Made by a program: the position numbers and the translations under genes
In this document: one piece after another, positions 26,829 through 38,838 of the stretch
How the letters are laid out: the number at the start of each line of letters is the position of its first letter
How positions within the stretch are numbered: position 1 is the first letter of the stretch
Origin: Miltoncostaeaceae bacterium
Lineage (GTDB): Bacteria; Actinomycetota; Thermoleophilia; Miltoncostaeales; Miltoncostaeaceae
Assembly (NCBI GenBank): GCA_963703045.1
Contig: OY969782.1
Location: 2,157,771-2,221,770 of the forward strand
DNA: 64,000 nucleotides
Direction of reading: 5' to 3'
Notes under the pieces: generated by a model
What the model was told of the DNA's origin: nothing
Database searches by the model: none
The model's input: only the letters and a program-made list of their open reading frames with translations

Positions 26829-28415
26829 TCAGGGCAGGCCCACGACGGTGTAGGTGAGGGTCGAGACGTGCTGGCCGTCGGCGACGAAGGGGACCGGGCC
26901 GAGCGTGAAGGCCAGGTTCCAGACGTCGCCGGTCGAGCGGGTGACCGTGGTGGAGCGGCGGCCGATGGAGCGCGAGCCGGTCGTCGGGACCGCGCTCGTG
27001 CCCGCCGGCAGGTCGGCGATCGCGCCCGGCGGCGCGGTGGAGCCGGCGACGCCGAGGGGGATGTCCCCGCGCGTGAACGGCGTGCGCGAGACGCTGAGCT
27101 GGTAGCCGCCCCGGGCGTTGCTCACGACGGTGACCGCCGCGGCGAGGGGGCCGACGCTCGCGCCGGGGACGACCGCGCCGAAGGCCAGCGTGGCCGGGGC
27201 GGTCACCGAGACGGTGGCGGCAGTCGAGTTGAGCAGCACGCTGACGGTGTTCGCGCTGCGGTTGGCGACCACGAGGTCCTGGCGGGCGTCGGCGTTCAGG
27301 TCGCCGATGGCGACGGCCACCGGCTCGTTGCCGACCGTGATGTCGGAGCGCGCGACGAACGTGCCGTTGCCGTTGCCCGCGAGCACCGAGACGCGGTCGA
27401 GGTTCGCCCCGGTCGCCACGATGTCGGGGTCGGCGTCGCCGTTCAGGTTGCCGATCGCGATGCCCATGGGCTCGCTGTTCGTGCCCATGGCCGGCGGGGA
27501 CGGCTGCGCCACCAGCGCTCCCGCGCCCGTGCCGAGCAGGATCGTGAGGGTGTCGGAGTTGGTGTTCGCCACCACGACGTCCTGGTCGCCGTCGCCGTCG
27601 AGGTCCGCGGCGGCGAGGCCGTGGGGCCGGTCGCCCACGTTGACGGTGACCTCGGCTCCGAACGTGCCGTTGCCGTTGCCGAGGCGCACGGAGATGTCGT
27701 CGTCGTTCTCGTTCGTGGTGACGAGGTCGAGGTTGGCGTCCGCGTTGAGACGCACGAGCAGGACCCCGACCGGCCGGTCGCCCATGTCCGGGCTGCCGAT
27801 GGAGGTGAAGCCGGCGGCGCCGTCCCCCTTCATGATCGAGACGTCGTCGTCGTCGTAGTTGGCGACGGCGATGTCCAGCCGGCCGTCGTTGTCGACGTCG
27901 CCGACGGCGAGCGCCACCGGGCGTTCGCCCGTGGTCGCCGAGGTGCCCGTCGCGAACGTGCCGTCGCCGTTGCCGCGCAGGATCGTGAGGCGATCGCTCC
28001 CGGAGTTCGCGACGACGAGGTCGAGTGTGGTGCCCGCGTCGAACCGGCCCGACGCGATGGCGAGCGGCCGGTTCTGAACCGTCCGCGTCTGGGTCGCGGT
28101 GAGACCGCCGACGCCGTTGCCGGAGAGGATGGTGGCGATGCTGTTACCCGAGCCGGTGGCCTCGTCCGCCACGGCGGCGTCGAGGTTCGCGTCGGTCCCG
28201 AAGGAGCCGAGCACGACATCCGCCGGCCGGTTGCCCGCCGCGAAGGGCGAGCCCCCCGCCGTGCCGAAGGTCGGGGCGATGGGCGCCGCGTTGGCCGGGG
28301 CGACGATCCCGAGGCCGAGCGCCACCAGCCCACCGGTGACCGCTGCGAGGCGGCCACCGGCGAGGCGGCGGCACGACCCCGCTCCGCGACGCGAGGTGGA
28401 GGGGGGCGTGGACAT
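26829..28415 (-). CDS. secreted seven-blade FG-GAP/VCBS beta-propeller with a C-terminal WxL-like domain
   Basis: Seven Ca-loop-like repeats (for example GDVDNDGRLDIAVAN, ADLDGDGDQDVVVAN, GDLNADARQDLVVAN). The C-terminal 135 aa or so are paralogous to the 28416..28925 product. The start abuts the upstream stop. Confidence 0.8.
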   Translation of the reverse strand: MSTPPSTSRRGAGSCRRLAGGRLAAVTGGLVALGLGIVAPANAAPIAPTFGTAGGSPFAAGNRPADVVLGSFGTDANLDAAVADEATGSGNSIATILSGNGVGGLTATQTRTVQNRPLAIASGRFDAGTTLDLVVANSGSDRLTILRGNGDGTFATGTSATTGERPVALAVGDVDNDGRLDIAVANYDDDDVSIMKGDGAAGFTSIGSPDMGDRPVGVLLVRLNADANLDLVTTNENDDDISVRLGNGNGTFGAEVTVNVGDRPHGLAAADLDGDGDQDVVVANTNSDTLTILLGTGAGALVAQPSPPAMGTNSEPMGIAIGNLNGDADPDIVATGANLDRVSVLAGNGNGTFVARSDITVGNEPVAVAIGDLNADARQDLVVANRSANTVSVLLNSTAATVSVTAPATLAFGAVVPGASVGPLAAAVTVVSNARGGYQLSVSRTPFTRGDIPLGVAGSTAPPGAIADLPAGTSAVPTTGSRSIGRRSTTVTRSTGDVWNLAFTLGPVPFVADGQHVSTLTYTVVGLP

Positions 28416-28925
28416 CTACGGGGTCGCCGTCGCGGTGAACGTGACGGTGGCCGTGTGCGCGCCGTCCTTGACGAACGGGACGGGGCCGAGGCCGAGGTTG
28501 ACCAGCCAGTGGTCGCCCGCCTGGGCCGTGATCGAACCCGGTGCCATGACGCCGATGGTGCGGCTGCCGGTCGTGGGGATCGCCCCGGTGGGAGAGACCG
28601 TCGTATTGGCCGGGTTGGTCGCCCCCGTGAACGCCAGCGGGATGTCCCCGTTGGAGAACACCGTGCGGGACGTCGTCAGCGTGTAGCCGTTGCTGACGTT
28701 GCTGACCACCGTGACGTCGGCGGTCGAGGTCGCCGAATCGCCCGGGCTGAGCGTGCCGAAGTCCAGCGACGCGGGCGCCGACACAGCCAGGACGGTGTTC
28801 ACGTTGGCCGTGACGGTGGTGGACGCATCCGCCGCCAGAGCGGCGGAGCCGCCGACCGCGAGGGCGCAGAGAACCCCCGTGGCCACGACGAGCGGGCGGT
28901 GGACCGCCCGCGGGAACATGCGCAT
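28416..28925 (-). CDS. small secreted WxL-like domain protein
   Basis: A GAGGAG RBS and signal peptide MRMFPRAVHRPLVVATGVLCALAVGGSAALA. Shared blocks with the propeller C-terminus include VTVVSN..GY.L..SRT.F..GDIPL, PTTGSR.IG and GD.W...LGPVPFV.DG.H..T.T.T...P. Confidence 0.7.
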   Translation of the reverse strand: MRMFPRAVHRPLVVATGVLCALAVGGSAALAADASTTVTANVNTVLAVSAPASLDFGTLSPGDSATSTADVTVVSNVSNGYTLTTSRTVFSNGDIPLAFTGATNPANTTVSPTGAIPTTGSRTIGVMAPGSITAQAGDHWLVNLGLGPVPFVKDGAHTATVTFTATATP

Positions 28926-29089
28926 GTGGTCGTCTCCTCGATATCCCGGGCGCTCGCCGGGGATGGCGTGCGCCTCACGGGTGTGGGTGTCGGTCGAGGG
29001 TGGGGCCGGGGACGCGCGGGTGAACCCGCCGTTCGGATGGCGGGCCACCTGCCCACGTGGATGAGATCCGCCCACCCGGTCGGCGACGA

Positions 29090-29710
29090 CTAGCGAGCGG
29101 TGGTTCCGCCGAGCGCGGCCATGACCGCGCCGACGATCCGCTCCTCCCAGCCGTCGGGGAATCCGTCGCCCGCCAGGTAGCGCGCCTGGTAGGCCCCGGT
29201 CAGCAGGTCGATGACCGCCTCGCGGTCGGCGTCGCGGTCGATCACTCCGTCGGCCGCGGCACGGTCGAGCATCTCGCGATAGATCGCGCGCCGCGGCTGG
29301 AGCGTGCGCTCGCGGAAGAGGCGCAGCAGCTCGGGGGTGTGGTGCTCCTCGGTGAGGCAGGTGCCGACGAGGGGCATCACCGTCACCCGCTCGGCGTTAC
29401 GGCGCGCCTGGCGCAGCTGGGCGAGCAGGTCGGCGCGCAGGTCGCCGGTCGGCGCGGGCCTACCGGTCTCCCGCAGGTGGGCGAGGGCGGCCGTCGCGAC
29501 ATCGGCCTTGCCCGCATAGCGCAGGTACAGGGTCGCCTTGCTCACCCCGGCCCGCGCGGCCACGCCGTCCATGCTCATGCGGGCGTAGCCCTCGGTCGAG
29601 AGCAGGTGGAGCGCGGCGTCGATGATCGCCGCGTCCACCGCGGGTGACCGGGGCCGCCCGGCGGGCCGGGGCGCCCCCCCTCCGCGCGTCTGCTGAGGCT
29701 CCGCGGCCAC
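29090..29710 (-). CDS. TetR family transcriptional regulator
   Basis: C-terminal 206 aa of track ORF 29090..33586, with YARMSMDGVAARAGVSKATLYLRYAGKADV. The GTG start at 29710 is uncertain. Confidence 0.8.
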   Translation of the reverse strand: MAAEPQQTRGGGAPRPAGRPRSPAVDAAIIDAALHLLSTEGYARMSMDGVAARAGVSKATLYLRYAGKADVATAALAHLRETGRPAPTGDLRADLLAQLRQARRNAERVTVMPLVGTCLTEEHHTPELLRLFRERTLQPRRAIYREMLDRAAADGVIDRDADREAVIDLLTGAYQARYLAGDGFPDGWEERIVGAVMAALGGTTAR

Positions 29711-29770
29711 CGGTTGACCGTACCACTGAGCGCGGTGATACTGAACGACGCCGTTTGTTATGTTGGCGAC

Positions 29771-30991
29771 GTGACGATCGGATCCTGGAAGGCCCTCATC
29801 GGGATGCTCGTACTCACCATGGGCACGAGCACCCTCACCCCGCTGCTGCCGCTCTACAAGTCGCACTTCGGCATCTCGACGGCCACCGCCACGCTGCTCT
29901 TCGTGACGTACACGATCACCGTGGTCCCGACGATGCTGATCGCGGGCAACCTGAGCGACCGGCTGGGGCGCAAGCGGCTTCTGCTGCCGGCCCTCGGCGC
30001 CATGACCCTGGCGTCGCTCGTGTTCGCGCTGGCCGAGAACGTCCCGCTGCTGTTCGCCGGGCGCGTGCTGCAGGGGCTCGCGATCGGCGGCTTCCTCGGG
30101 GTGGGCGCGTCGTTCGTCGTCGACCACGCCCGTGTCGGGAGCAAGGCGCTCGCCGCCGCCCTCGCCGGGGTGTTCTTCCGGGTGGGCTTCGGCCTCGGCC
30201 CGGGCCTGGCGGGCATCGCCGCCCAGTACGGTCCCAACCCCCGGCACACGCCCTTCTGGGGCCACATCGGCTTCATGGTGATCGGCATCCTCGCCATCGC
30301 CACGGCGTCCGAGACCCTCATGCGGAAGAAGGACCCCGGGCCCTTCCGCATCCGCATCGGGGTGCCGGTGGGCCAGGCGCGCGGCTTCCTCACCTACATC
30401 GCCCCCGCCACGTTCATGATGAGCTTCGTCGAGGGGACCGTGCTGTCGGTCGTGCCGATCTTCGTGGTCGAGACGCTCGGAGTGGGCAACCTCGCCGTGG
30501 TCGGCGCCATCGGCTTCGTCGTGCTCGCGGCCGGCGGCGTCGCGCCGTTCATCGCGCGCGGGCTGGAGCCGCGGAGGTCGGTCGCGGTCGGGGTGGTGCT
30601 GTCGTCGCTGCTGTCCCTGCTGATCGTGGCGTCGTCGGGCCTCGACGCGGTCTGGCTGGTCATCGTCGCCGCGGCCGCGATCGGCCTGGCCAACGGCTTC
30701 ATCCTCTTCGGGGGCACGGTCATCTGCGGCACGATCGTGCCGATCCACGAGCGCGGGAAGCTCATGTCGCTGCTCTTCATGTGCGCGTACGCCGGCACGA
30801 TCCCGACCGTCTTGCTCGGGTACCTCGCCGACGGCATCGGCCTGACGGCGACGCTCGGCGTCTTCTCGGGCATGGCGCTCGTCATCGCGGCGTTCGTGCT
30901 CCTGGTCGGGAGCCGCCTCTTCGCGGAGGTGGTTCCGTACCGCGAGGACCCGGTGGCCCAGGCCGAGACGCTCGTGTCGCCGACGACCTGA
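29771..30991 (+). CDS. MFS transporter (12 TM)
   Basis: Divergent from the TetR gene. Contains GNLSDRLGRKRLLLPA (the MFS loop 2-3 motif). The GTG at 29771 is preferred over the track start at 29714. Confidence 0.8.
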   Translation: MTIGSWKALIGMLVLTMGTSTLTPLLPLYKSHFGISTATATLLFVTYTITVVPTMLIAGNLSDRLGRKRLLLPALGAMTLASLVFALAENVPLLFAGRVLQGLAIGGFLGVGASFVVDHARVGSKALAAALAGVFFRVGFGLGPGLAGIAAQYGPNPRHTPFWGHIGFMVIGILAIATASETLMRKKDPGPFRIRIGVPVGQARGFLTYIAPATFMMSFVEGTVLSVVPIFVVETLGVGNLAVVGAIGFVVLAAGGVAPFIARGLEPRRSVAVGVVLSSLLSLLIVASSGLDAVWLVIVAAAAIGLANGFILFGGTVICGTIVPIHERGKLMSLLFMCAYAGTIPTVLLGYLADGIGLTATLGVFSGMALVIAAFVLLVGSRLFAEVVPYREDPVAQAETLVSPTT

Positions 30992-31042
30992 TCGGCCCGG
31001 GGGCCGGGGTCGGCGCGTGTGCGACGGCGCTAGGCTCCGTCT

Positions 31043-33702
<2,660 letters not shown>

Positions 33703-33706
<4 letters not shown>

Positions 33707-35091
33707 GAGAGGTGACCGTCCCCGACATCGGGGACTTCGACGACGTCCCCGTGATCGAGGTGCTGGTGTCGGCGGGCGACGAGGTGGCCGCCGAGGACCC
33801 GCTGATCGTGCTCGAGTCGGACAAGGCCAGCATGGAGGTCCCCTCGCCGTCGGCCGGGGTGGTCGCCGAGGTGGCGGTGAAGGTCGGTGACGAGGTCTCG
33901 ATGGGCGACCTGATCCTCACGCTCGACGAGGGGGGCGACGGCGGCGGTGACGACGAGGATGCCGCCGCCGAGCCCGAGGTCGTCGAGGAGGGTGACGAGG
34001 ACCCGGCGGAGGACGAGGACCCGACGGACGAGGGCACGCCGGACGACGAGGGCACGCCGGACGACGAGGAGCCGGAGGACGACGAGGAGCCGGCGGACGA
34101 CGAGGAGCCGGAGGACGACGAGGACGCGGAGGGGGGCGACGCCCGCCCGCCCGCCGGGACCTTCGACGGCGACGACGTCTACGCCGGCCCCGGCGCGCGC
34201 CGCCTGGCGCGGCGGCTCGGCGTCGATCTGACCGCCGTCGAGGGGTCCGGTCCCAAGGGCCGGGTCACGAAGGACGACGTCACCGCCGCCGCCGAGTCGG
34301 GGGAGGCCGAGCAGCCGCGGCGCGGGAAGCGCGCCGCCCCGGCGACGGCCGGCGCGCCGGCCGGGCTGCCGCCGTGGCCCGAGGTCGACTTCGCCGCGTT
34401 CGGGCCGGTCGAGCGGGTCGAGCGGTCGCGCATCGCGCGCATCGCGGGTCCCAGCCTCGCGCGCAACTGGGTCACGATCCCGCACGTCACCCAGTTCGAC
34501 GAGGCCGACGTCACCGCGCTGGAGGACTTCCGCAAGGAGGTCAACGCCGCGCACGCGGACGAGGGCGTCAAGGTGACGATGGTGTCGCTGCTGCTCAAGG
34601 CGTGCGCGGCCGCCCTGCGGACACACCCCCACTTCAACGCCTCGCTCGACGGCGACGACCTGGTGCTCAAGCGCTACTTCCACCTCGGGTTCGCGGCCGA
34701 CACGCCCAACGGGCTGCTCGTCCCCGTCATCCGCGACGTCGACCGCAAGGGCCTGCTCGAGATCGCCCGCGAGCTGACGGAGCTCTCGGGGAAGGCCCGG
34801 GAGGGCACGCTCTCGCGTGAGCAGATGCAGGGCGGCACGTTCACGATCTCCAGCCTGGGCGGCATCGGCGGGACCGCGTTCACGCCGATCATCAACGCGC
34901 CCGAGGTGGCGATCCTCGGCGTCTCGCGGGCGGAGATGAAGCCGGTCTGGCAGGACGGCGAGTTCGTTCCCCGGCTGATGCTGCCGCTGTCGCTGTCGTA
35001 CGACCACCGCGTGGTGGACGGCGCGGCCGCCGCCCGCTTCACCACGCACCTCACCGACCTCCTGAGCGACCCGCGCAAGATGCTGTTGTGA
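33703..35091 (+). CDS. aceF: dihydrolipoamide acetyltransferase (E2) with one lipoyl domain and an unusually acidic linker
   Basis: ATGA overlap with aceE. Lipoyl-Lys motif LESDKASMEVPS, a PSBD (GPGARRLARRLGVDLTAVEGSGPKGRVTKDDV) and catalytic SLSYDHRVVDGA. Confidence 0.9.
34027..34130 (+). repeat. in-frame tandem 15-18-nt repeats encoding (D/E)-rich units (DEGTPD x2, DDEEPED/DDEEPAD/DDEEPED)
   Basis: gacgagggcacgccg occurs twice in succession, followed by three gacgacgaggagccgg(a/c)g-type units. Read directly from the sequence. Confidence 0.8.
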
Positions 35092-36509
35092 GCGAGGAGC
35101 GGGTCGACGTCCTCGTGCTCGGGGGCGGCCCGGGCGGCTACACCGCGGCCTTCCGCGCCGCCGACCTCGGGTTGTCGGTGACACTCGTGGAGAGGTACGA
35201 GCGCCTCGGCGGGGTGTGCCTCAACGTCGGCTGCATCCCCTCGAAGGCGCTTCTGCACGCGGCCAAGGTGCTGAGCGACGCCGAGGAGGCCGCGGCCATC
35301 GGCATCGCCTTCGGCGAGCCCCGGGTGGACCTGGAGGCGCTCCGGGAATCGACGGCGACGGTCGTGCGCAAGCTCACCGACGGTCTGGCGGGCCTCGCCA
35401 AGAAGCGGGGCGTCCGGGTGGTGCGAGGGACGGGCCGCTTCACGTCGCCCCACGAGCTCGCGGTCGAGGGACCGGACGGGGGCCAGACCCTCGCGTTCTC
35501 GAGCTGCATCATCGCCGCCGGCTCGCAGCCGGCGCGCATCCCGGGCCTGCCGGACGACCCGCGGGTGATGGACTCGACCGGCGCCCTGGCGCTCGACGAG
35601 GTGCCCGGCCGGCTGCTCGTGATCGGCGGCGGCATCATCGGGCTCGAGATGGCGACGGTCTACGACGCGCTGGGCGCCCGCGTCACGGTCGTCGAGATGC
35701 TCGACCAGCTCATCCCCGGCTGCGACCCCGACCTCGTCGCGCCGCTCGCCAAGCGCATCGGCAGGCGCTACGACGCGATCCACCTCGGCACGCGCGTCGC
35801 CGGCGTCGAGGCGGGCGACGACGGACTGCGCGTGACCTTCGAGGGCGACGACGCCCCGGACGCCGTGACGGTCGATCGCGTCCTCGTGGCCGTCGGGCGC
35901 CGGGCGAACGGCGACGCGATCGGCGCCGACGCGGCCGGCGTGGAGGTCGACGACCGTGGCGTGATCGCCGTCGATGCGCGCATGCGGACCAACGTCGGCC
36001 ACATCCACGCGATCGGCGACATCGTCGGCGAGCCGATGCTCGCGCACAAGGCGACCCACCAGGGCGTGGTCGCGGCCGAGGCGATCGCCGGCCAGGAGGG
36101 GGCCGCCTTCGACGTGCGCTCGATCCCGGCGGTGGCCTACACCGACCCCGAGATCGCCTGGACCGGCCTCACCGAGACCGAGGCGACGCGGGAGGGCGTC
36201 GATCACGAGGTCGCGGTCTTCCCCTGGGCGGCGTCGGGCCGTGCCCTGGCGATGGGACGGGGGGAGGGACGCACGAAGCTGATCGTCGAGCCCGGCACCC
36301 GCCGCCTGCTCGGCGCGGGAATCGTCGGCGTCACCGCCGGCGAGCTCATCGCCGAGGCTGTCCACGCGCTCGAGATGGGGGCCGACGCCGAGGACATCGC
36401 GCTGACGATCCATCCCCACCCGACGCTCTCGGAGACGATCGGCTTCTCGGCCGAGGCCGCGGAGGGCACGATCACCGACCTCTACCTCGGCAAGCGCTCC
36501 AGCCGCTGA
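35088..36509 (+). CDS. lpdA: dihydrolipoyl dehydrogenase (E3)
   Basis: GTGA overlap with the E2 gene. FAD motif VLVLGGGPGGYTAA, redox disulfide GGVCLNVGCIPSK and C-terminal HPHPTLSE. Confidence 0.95.
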   Translation: MSEERVDVLVLGGGPGGYTAAFRAADLGLSVTLVERYERLGGVCLNVGCIPSKALLHAAKVLSDAEEAAAIGIAFGEPRVDLEALRESTATVVRKLTDGLAGLAKKRGVRVVRGTGRFTSPHELAVEGPDGGQTLAFSSCIIAAGSQPARIPGLPDDPRVMDSTGALALDEVPGRLLVIGGGIIGLEMATVYDALGARVTVVEMLDQLIPGCDPDLVAPLAKRIGRRYDAIHLGTRVAGVEAGDDGLRVTFEGDDAPDAVTVDRVLVAVGRRANGDAIGADAAGVEVDDRGVIAVDARMRTNVGHIHAIGDIVGEPMLAHKATHQGVVAAEAIAGQEGAAFDVRSIPAVAYTDPEIAWTGLTETEATREGVDHEVAVFPWAASGRALAMGRGEGRTKLIVEPGTRRLLGAGIVGVTAGELIAEAVHALEMGADAEDIALTIHPHPTLSETIGFSAEAAEGTITDLYLGKRSSR

Positions 36510-36561
36510 CGCCCCGCCCCTCCCTACGGAGCCCCGCACCGGCGCGGAGCGCCGTCTGCCG

Positions 36562-37215
36562 TCAGGGGCGGTCCTCGCGACGGGCCCGCGCGGATGCCTC
36601 CCCGAGAGCCGCCTCGATCTCGGAGCGCGTCGGGGCGGGCCCGGGCAGCGGCGAGGCGGCCGCCGGCCGCATCCCGTCGAGGATGACGGCGAGGTAGCGC
36701 CGCCACAGGTCGGGGACCCGCAGCTGGCAGGGCTGCGCGTGCCCGGCGGCGGTGATGAGGAAGATCACGTCCTCGGGCTCGAGGTCGTCGCGCACGCAGC
36801 CGGCCCCCTGCGCGCGCCGCAGCATCCGCTCGAGGGGGTCCCGGAAGCGCCCGCGCACCTCGCGGAGCTCGGGGGCGCCCAGTACGGGTCCGCCCGCCTC
36901 GAACATGCCGCGATCGCGCGCCTGGCGCTCGGCGACGCTCGCCATGGCCGAGGCGAGGGCCTCCCACGGATCGTCGACGGTGCGTGCGATCTCCTCGAGC
37001 GCATCGGCGGCCTCGGCGATGCGCTGCTCGAACATCGCCAGCACCAGGTCGTCCTTCGTGGGGAAACGACGGAAGACCGTGGCCTGACCCACGTCCGCCC
37101 GCCGCGCGATCTCCTCGACGCTGACGTCGGCGCCGTGCTCGGCGAACAGCTCGGAGGCGGCGGCGACGATCCGCGCGCGGTTGCGGCGGGCGTCCGCGCG
37201 GAGCTCGGTGGTCAC
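36562..37215 (-). CDS. TetR family transcriptional regulator
   Basis: ARRNRARIVAAASELFAEHGADVSVEEIARRADVGQATVFRRFPTKDDL. The GTG start at 37215 lies 14 nt after the MFS stop. Confidence 0.85.
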   Translation of the reverse strand: MTTELRADARRNRARIVAAASELFAEHGADVSVEEIARRADVGQATVFRRFPTKDDLVLAMFEQRIAEAADALEEIARTVDDPWEALASAMASVAERQARDRGMFEAGGPVLGAPELREVRGRFRDPLERMLRRAQGAGCVRDDLEPEDVIFLITAAGHAQPCQLRVPDLWRRYLAVILDGMRPAAASPLPGPAPTRSEIEAALGEASARARREDRP

Positions 37216-37228
37216 GATCCCCCCCCGC

Positions 37229-38701
37229 CTACAGGCCGACGGGCGCCGTCGCCTCGGCCGGCACGATCTCGGCGACGTCGCGGCGGCGGACATAGGTGGC
37301 CAGGATCACGACGCCCAGCAGCATCAGGGCGGCGCCACCGGCGAAGGCGGCCTGGAACCCCTCGACCAGCGCCGACGCCCGCTGTGCGGCGTCGGGCGTG
37401 GCGGGGGCGGACTCGAGCGCGCCCTCGGTCTGGGAGGCGGCGATCGTCGACAGGATCGCGAGGCCCAGCGCCCCGCCGATCTGCTGCGAGGAGTTGAACA
37501 ACCCCGAGGCCAGGCCCGCGTCCTCGTCGGCGACGTTGGCCGTCGCGATCAAGGTGAGGGGCACGAAGGTGAGCCCGAGGCCGGCCGACATCACGAGCAG
37601 GCCGGGCAGCAGGTCGCCGACGTAGGTCCCGTCGACGCCGATCCGCGAGAGCAGCAGCAGGCCGATGGCGGCGACGGCCATCCCGGCGAGCGCGACCGTG
37701 CGCACCCCGACGCGGGCGACCGAGCGCTCGGCGATCACCGAGAACAGGATGATCCCGGCCGTCAGCGGCAGGAAGGACAGGCCCGCCTGCACGGCCGTGA
37801 AGCCGAGCGTCTGCTGGACGTAGATCGACGCGAAGTAGAAGACGGCGAACATGCCGCCCATGACGGCGAGCATCGACAGGTTCGCGCCGGCCAGCGAGCG
37901 CGTGCGGAAGATGCCGAGGCGCACCAGCGGCGCCGCCACCCGTCGCTGGATGGCCACGAAGACCGCGAGCAGCGCCGCGGATGCGGCCATCAGCCCGATC
38001 GTCCGGGGGGAGCCCCATCCGTCGTCGGTGGCCCGCACGATGGCGTAGACGAGCAGGGTCAGCCCGGCCGTCACGCTGACCGCGCCGGCGATGTCGATGC
38101 CCGAGGTGGGCACCCGCGACTCGGCGACGTACCGCAGGCCGAGCACGATGGCCGCGACGCCGATCGGCAGGTTGACCAGGAAGATCCACTGCCAGGCGAG
38201 GTACTCGGTGAGCAGGCCGCCCGCCAGCAGGCCGACCGCGGCCCCGCCGACGGCGATCGCCGCCCAGACGCTGAGCGCCTTCGCGCGCTCCGCGCCGTCG
38301 CGGAAGGTGGTGGTCACGATCGACAGGGCGGCCGGGGAGACCATCGCGGCGCCGAGGCCCTGGAGGGCGCGGGCGGCGATCAGGAACTCGGACGTGCTCG
38401 CCAGCGCGTTGAGCAGCGACGCGCCCGTGAACACGACCACGCCCGCGATGAACAGCCGCCGGCGCCCGACGAAGTCGGCCGCCCTCCCGCCGAGCAGCAG
38501 GAAGCCGCCGAAGGCGAGGGTGTAGGCGTTGACGACCCACTGCAGCGACGACGCCGAGAACCCGAGGTCGGCCTGGATCGCGGGCAGAGCGACGTTCACC
38601 ACGGTGCCGTCGAGGACGACCATGAACTGGGCGATGCAGACGATCACCAGCACGAGCCAGCGGCGGTCGGCGCTCGTGGCGGGGGGCGCGGCGGTGCTCA
38701 T
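37229..38701 (-). CDS. DHA2-family (EmrB/QacA-type, 14 TM) MFS efflux transporter
   Basis: MSTAAPP...RRWLVLVIVCIAQFMVVLDGTVVNVALPAIQADLGFS...LQWVVNAYTLAFGGFLLLGGRAAD. Confidence 0.9.
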   Translation of the reverse strand: MSTAAPPATSADRRWLVLVIVCIAQFMVVLDGTVVNVALPAIQADLGFSASSLQWVVNAYTLAFGGFLLLGGRAADFVGRRRLFIAGVVVFTGASLLNALASTSEFLIAARALQGLGAAMVSPAALSIVTTTFRDGAERAKALSVWAAIAVGGAAVGLLAGGLLTEYLAWQWIFLVNLPIGVAAIVLGLRYVAESRVPTSGIDIAGAVSVTAGLTLLVYAIVRATDDGWGSPRTIGLMAASAALLAVFVAIQRRVAAPLVRLGIFRTRSLAGANLSMLAVMGGMFAVFYFASIYVQQTLGFTAVQAGLSFLPLTAGIILFSVIAERSVARVGVRTVALAGMAVAAIGLLLLSRIGVDGTYVGDLLPGLLVMSAGLGLTFVPLTLIATANVADEDAGLASGLFNSSQQIGGALGLAILSTIAASQTEGALESAPATPDAAQRASALVEGFQAAFAGGAALMLLGVVILATYVRRRDVAEIVPAEATAPVGL

Positions 38702-38838
38702 GGGGCGGCTCCTGCGGGCGTGGTGGAAGCGGAGCGACGGCTCCGGTTCGCGACGATATGCGAACCGGAGTCCGCGGTCCACTTCGTGACGATGATCGCG
38801 AGCGGGCCGGCGCCCGCCTTGCCGATAGGGTCCCGGCC

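Noticed and set aside
29711-29770. Partial dyad AACGACGCCGTT in the TetR/MFS divergent spacer as an operator
   Set aside because: Only the outer 4 bp are symmetric, which is not enough to call a site.
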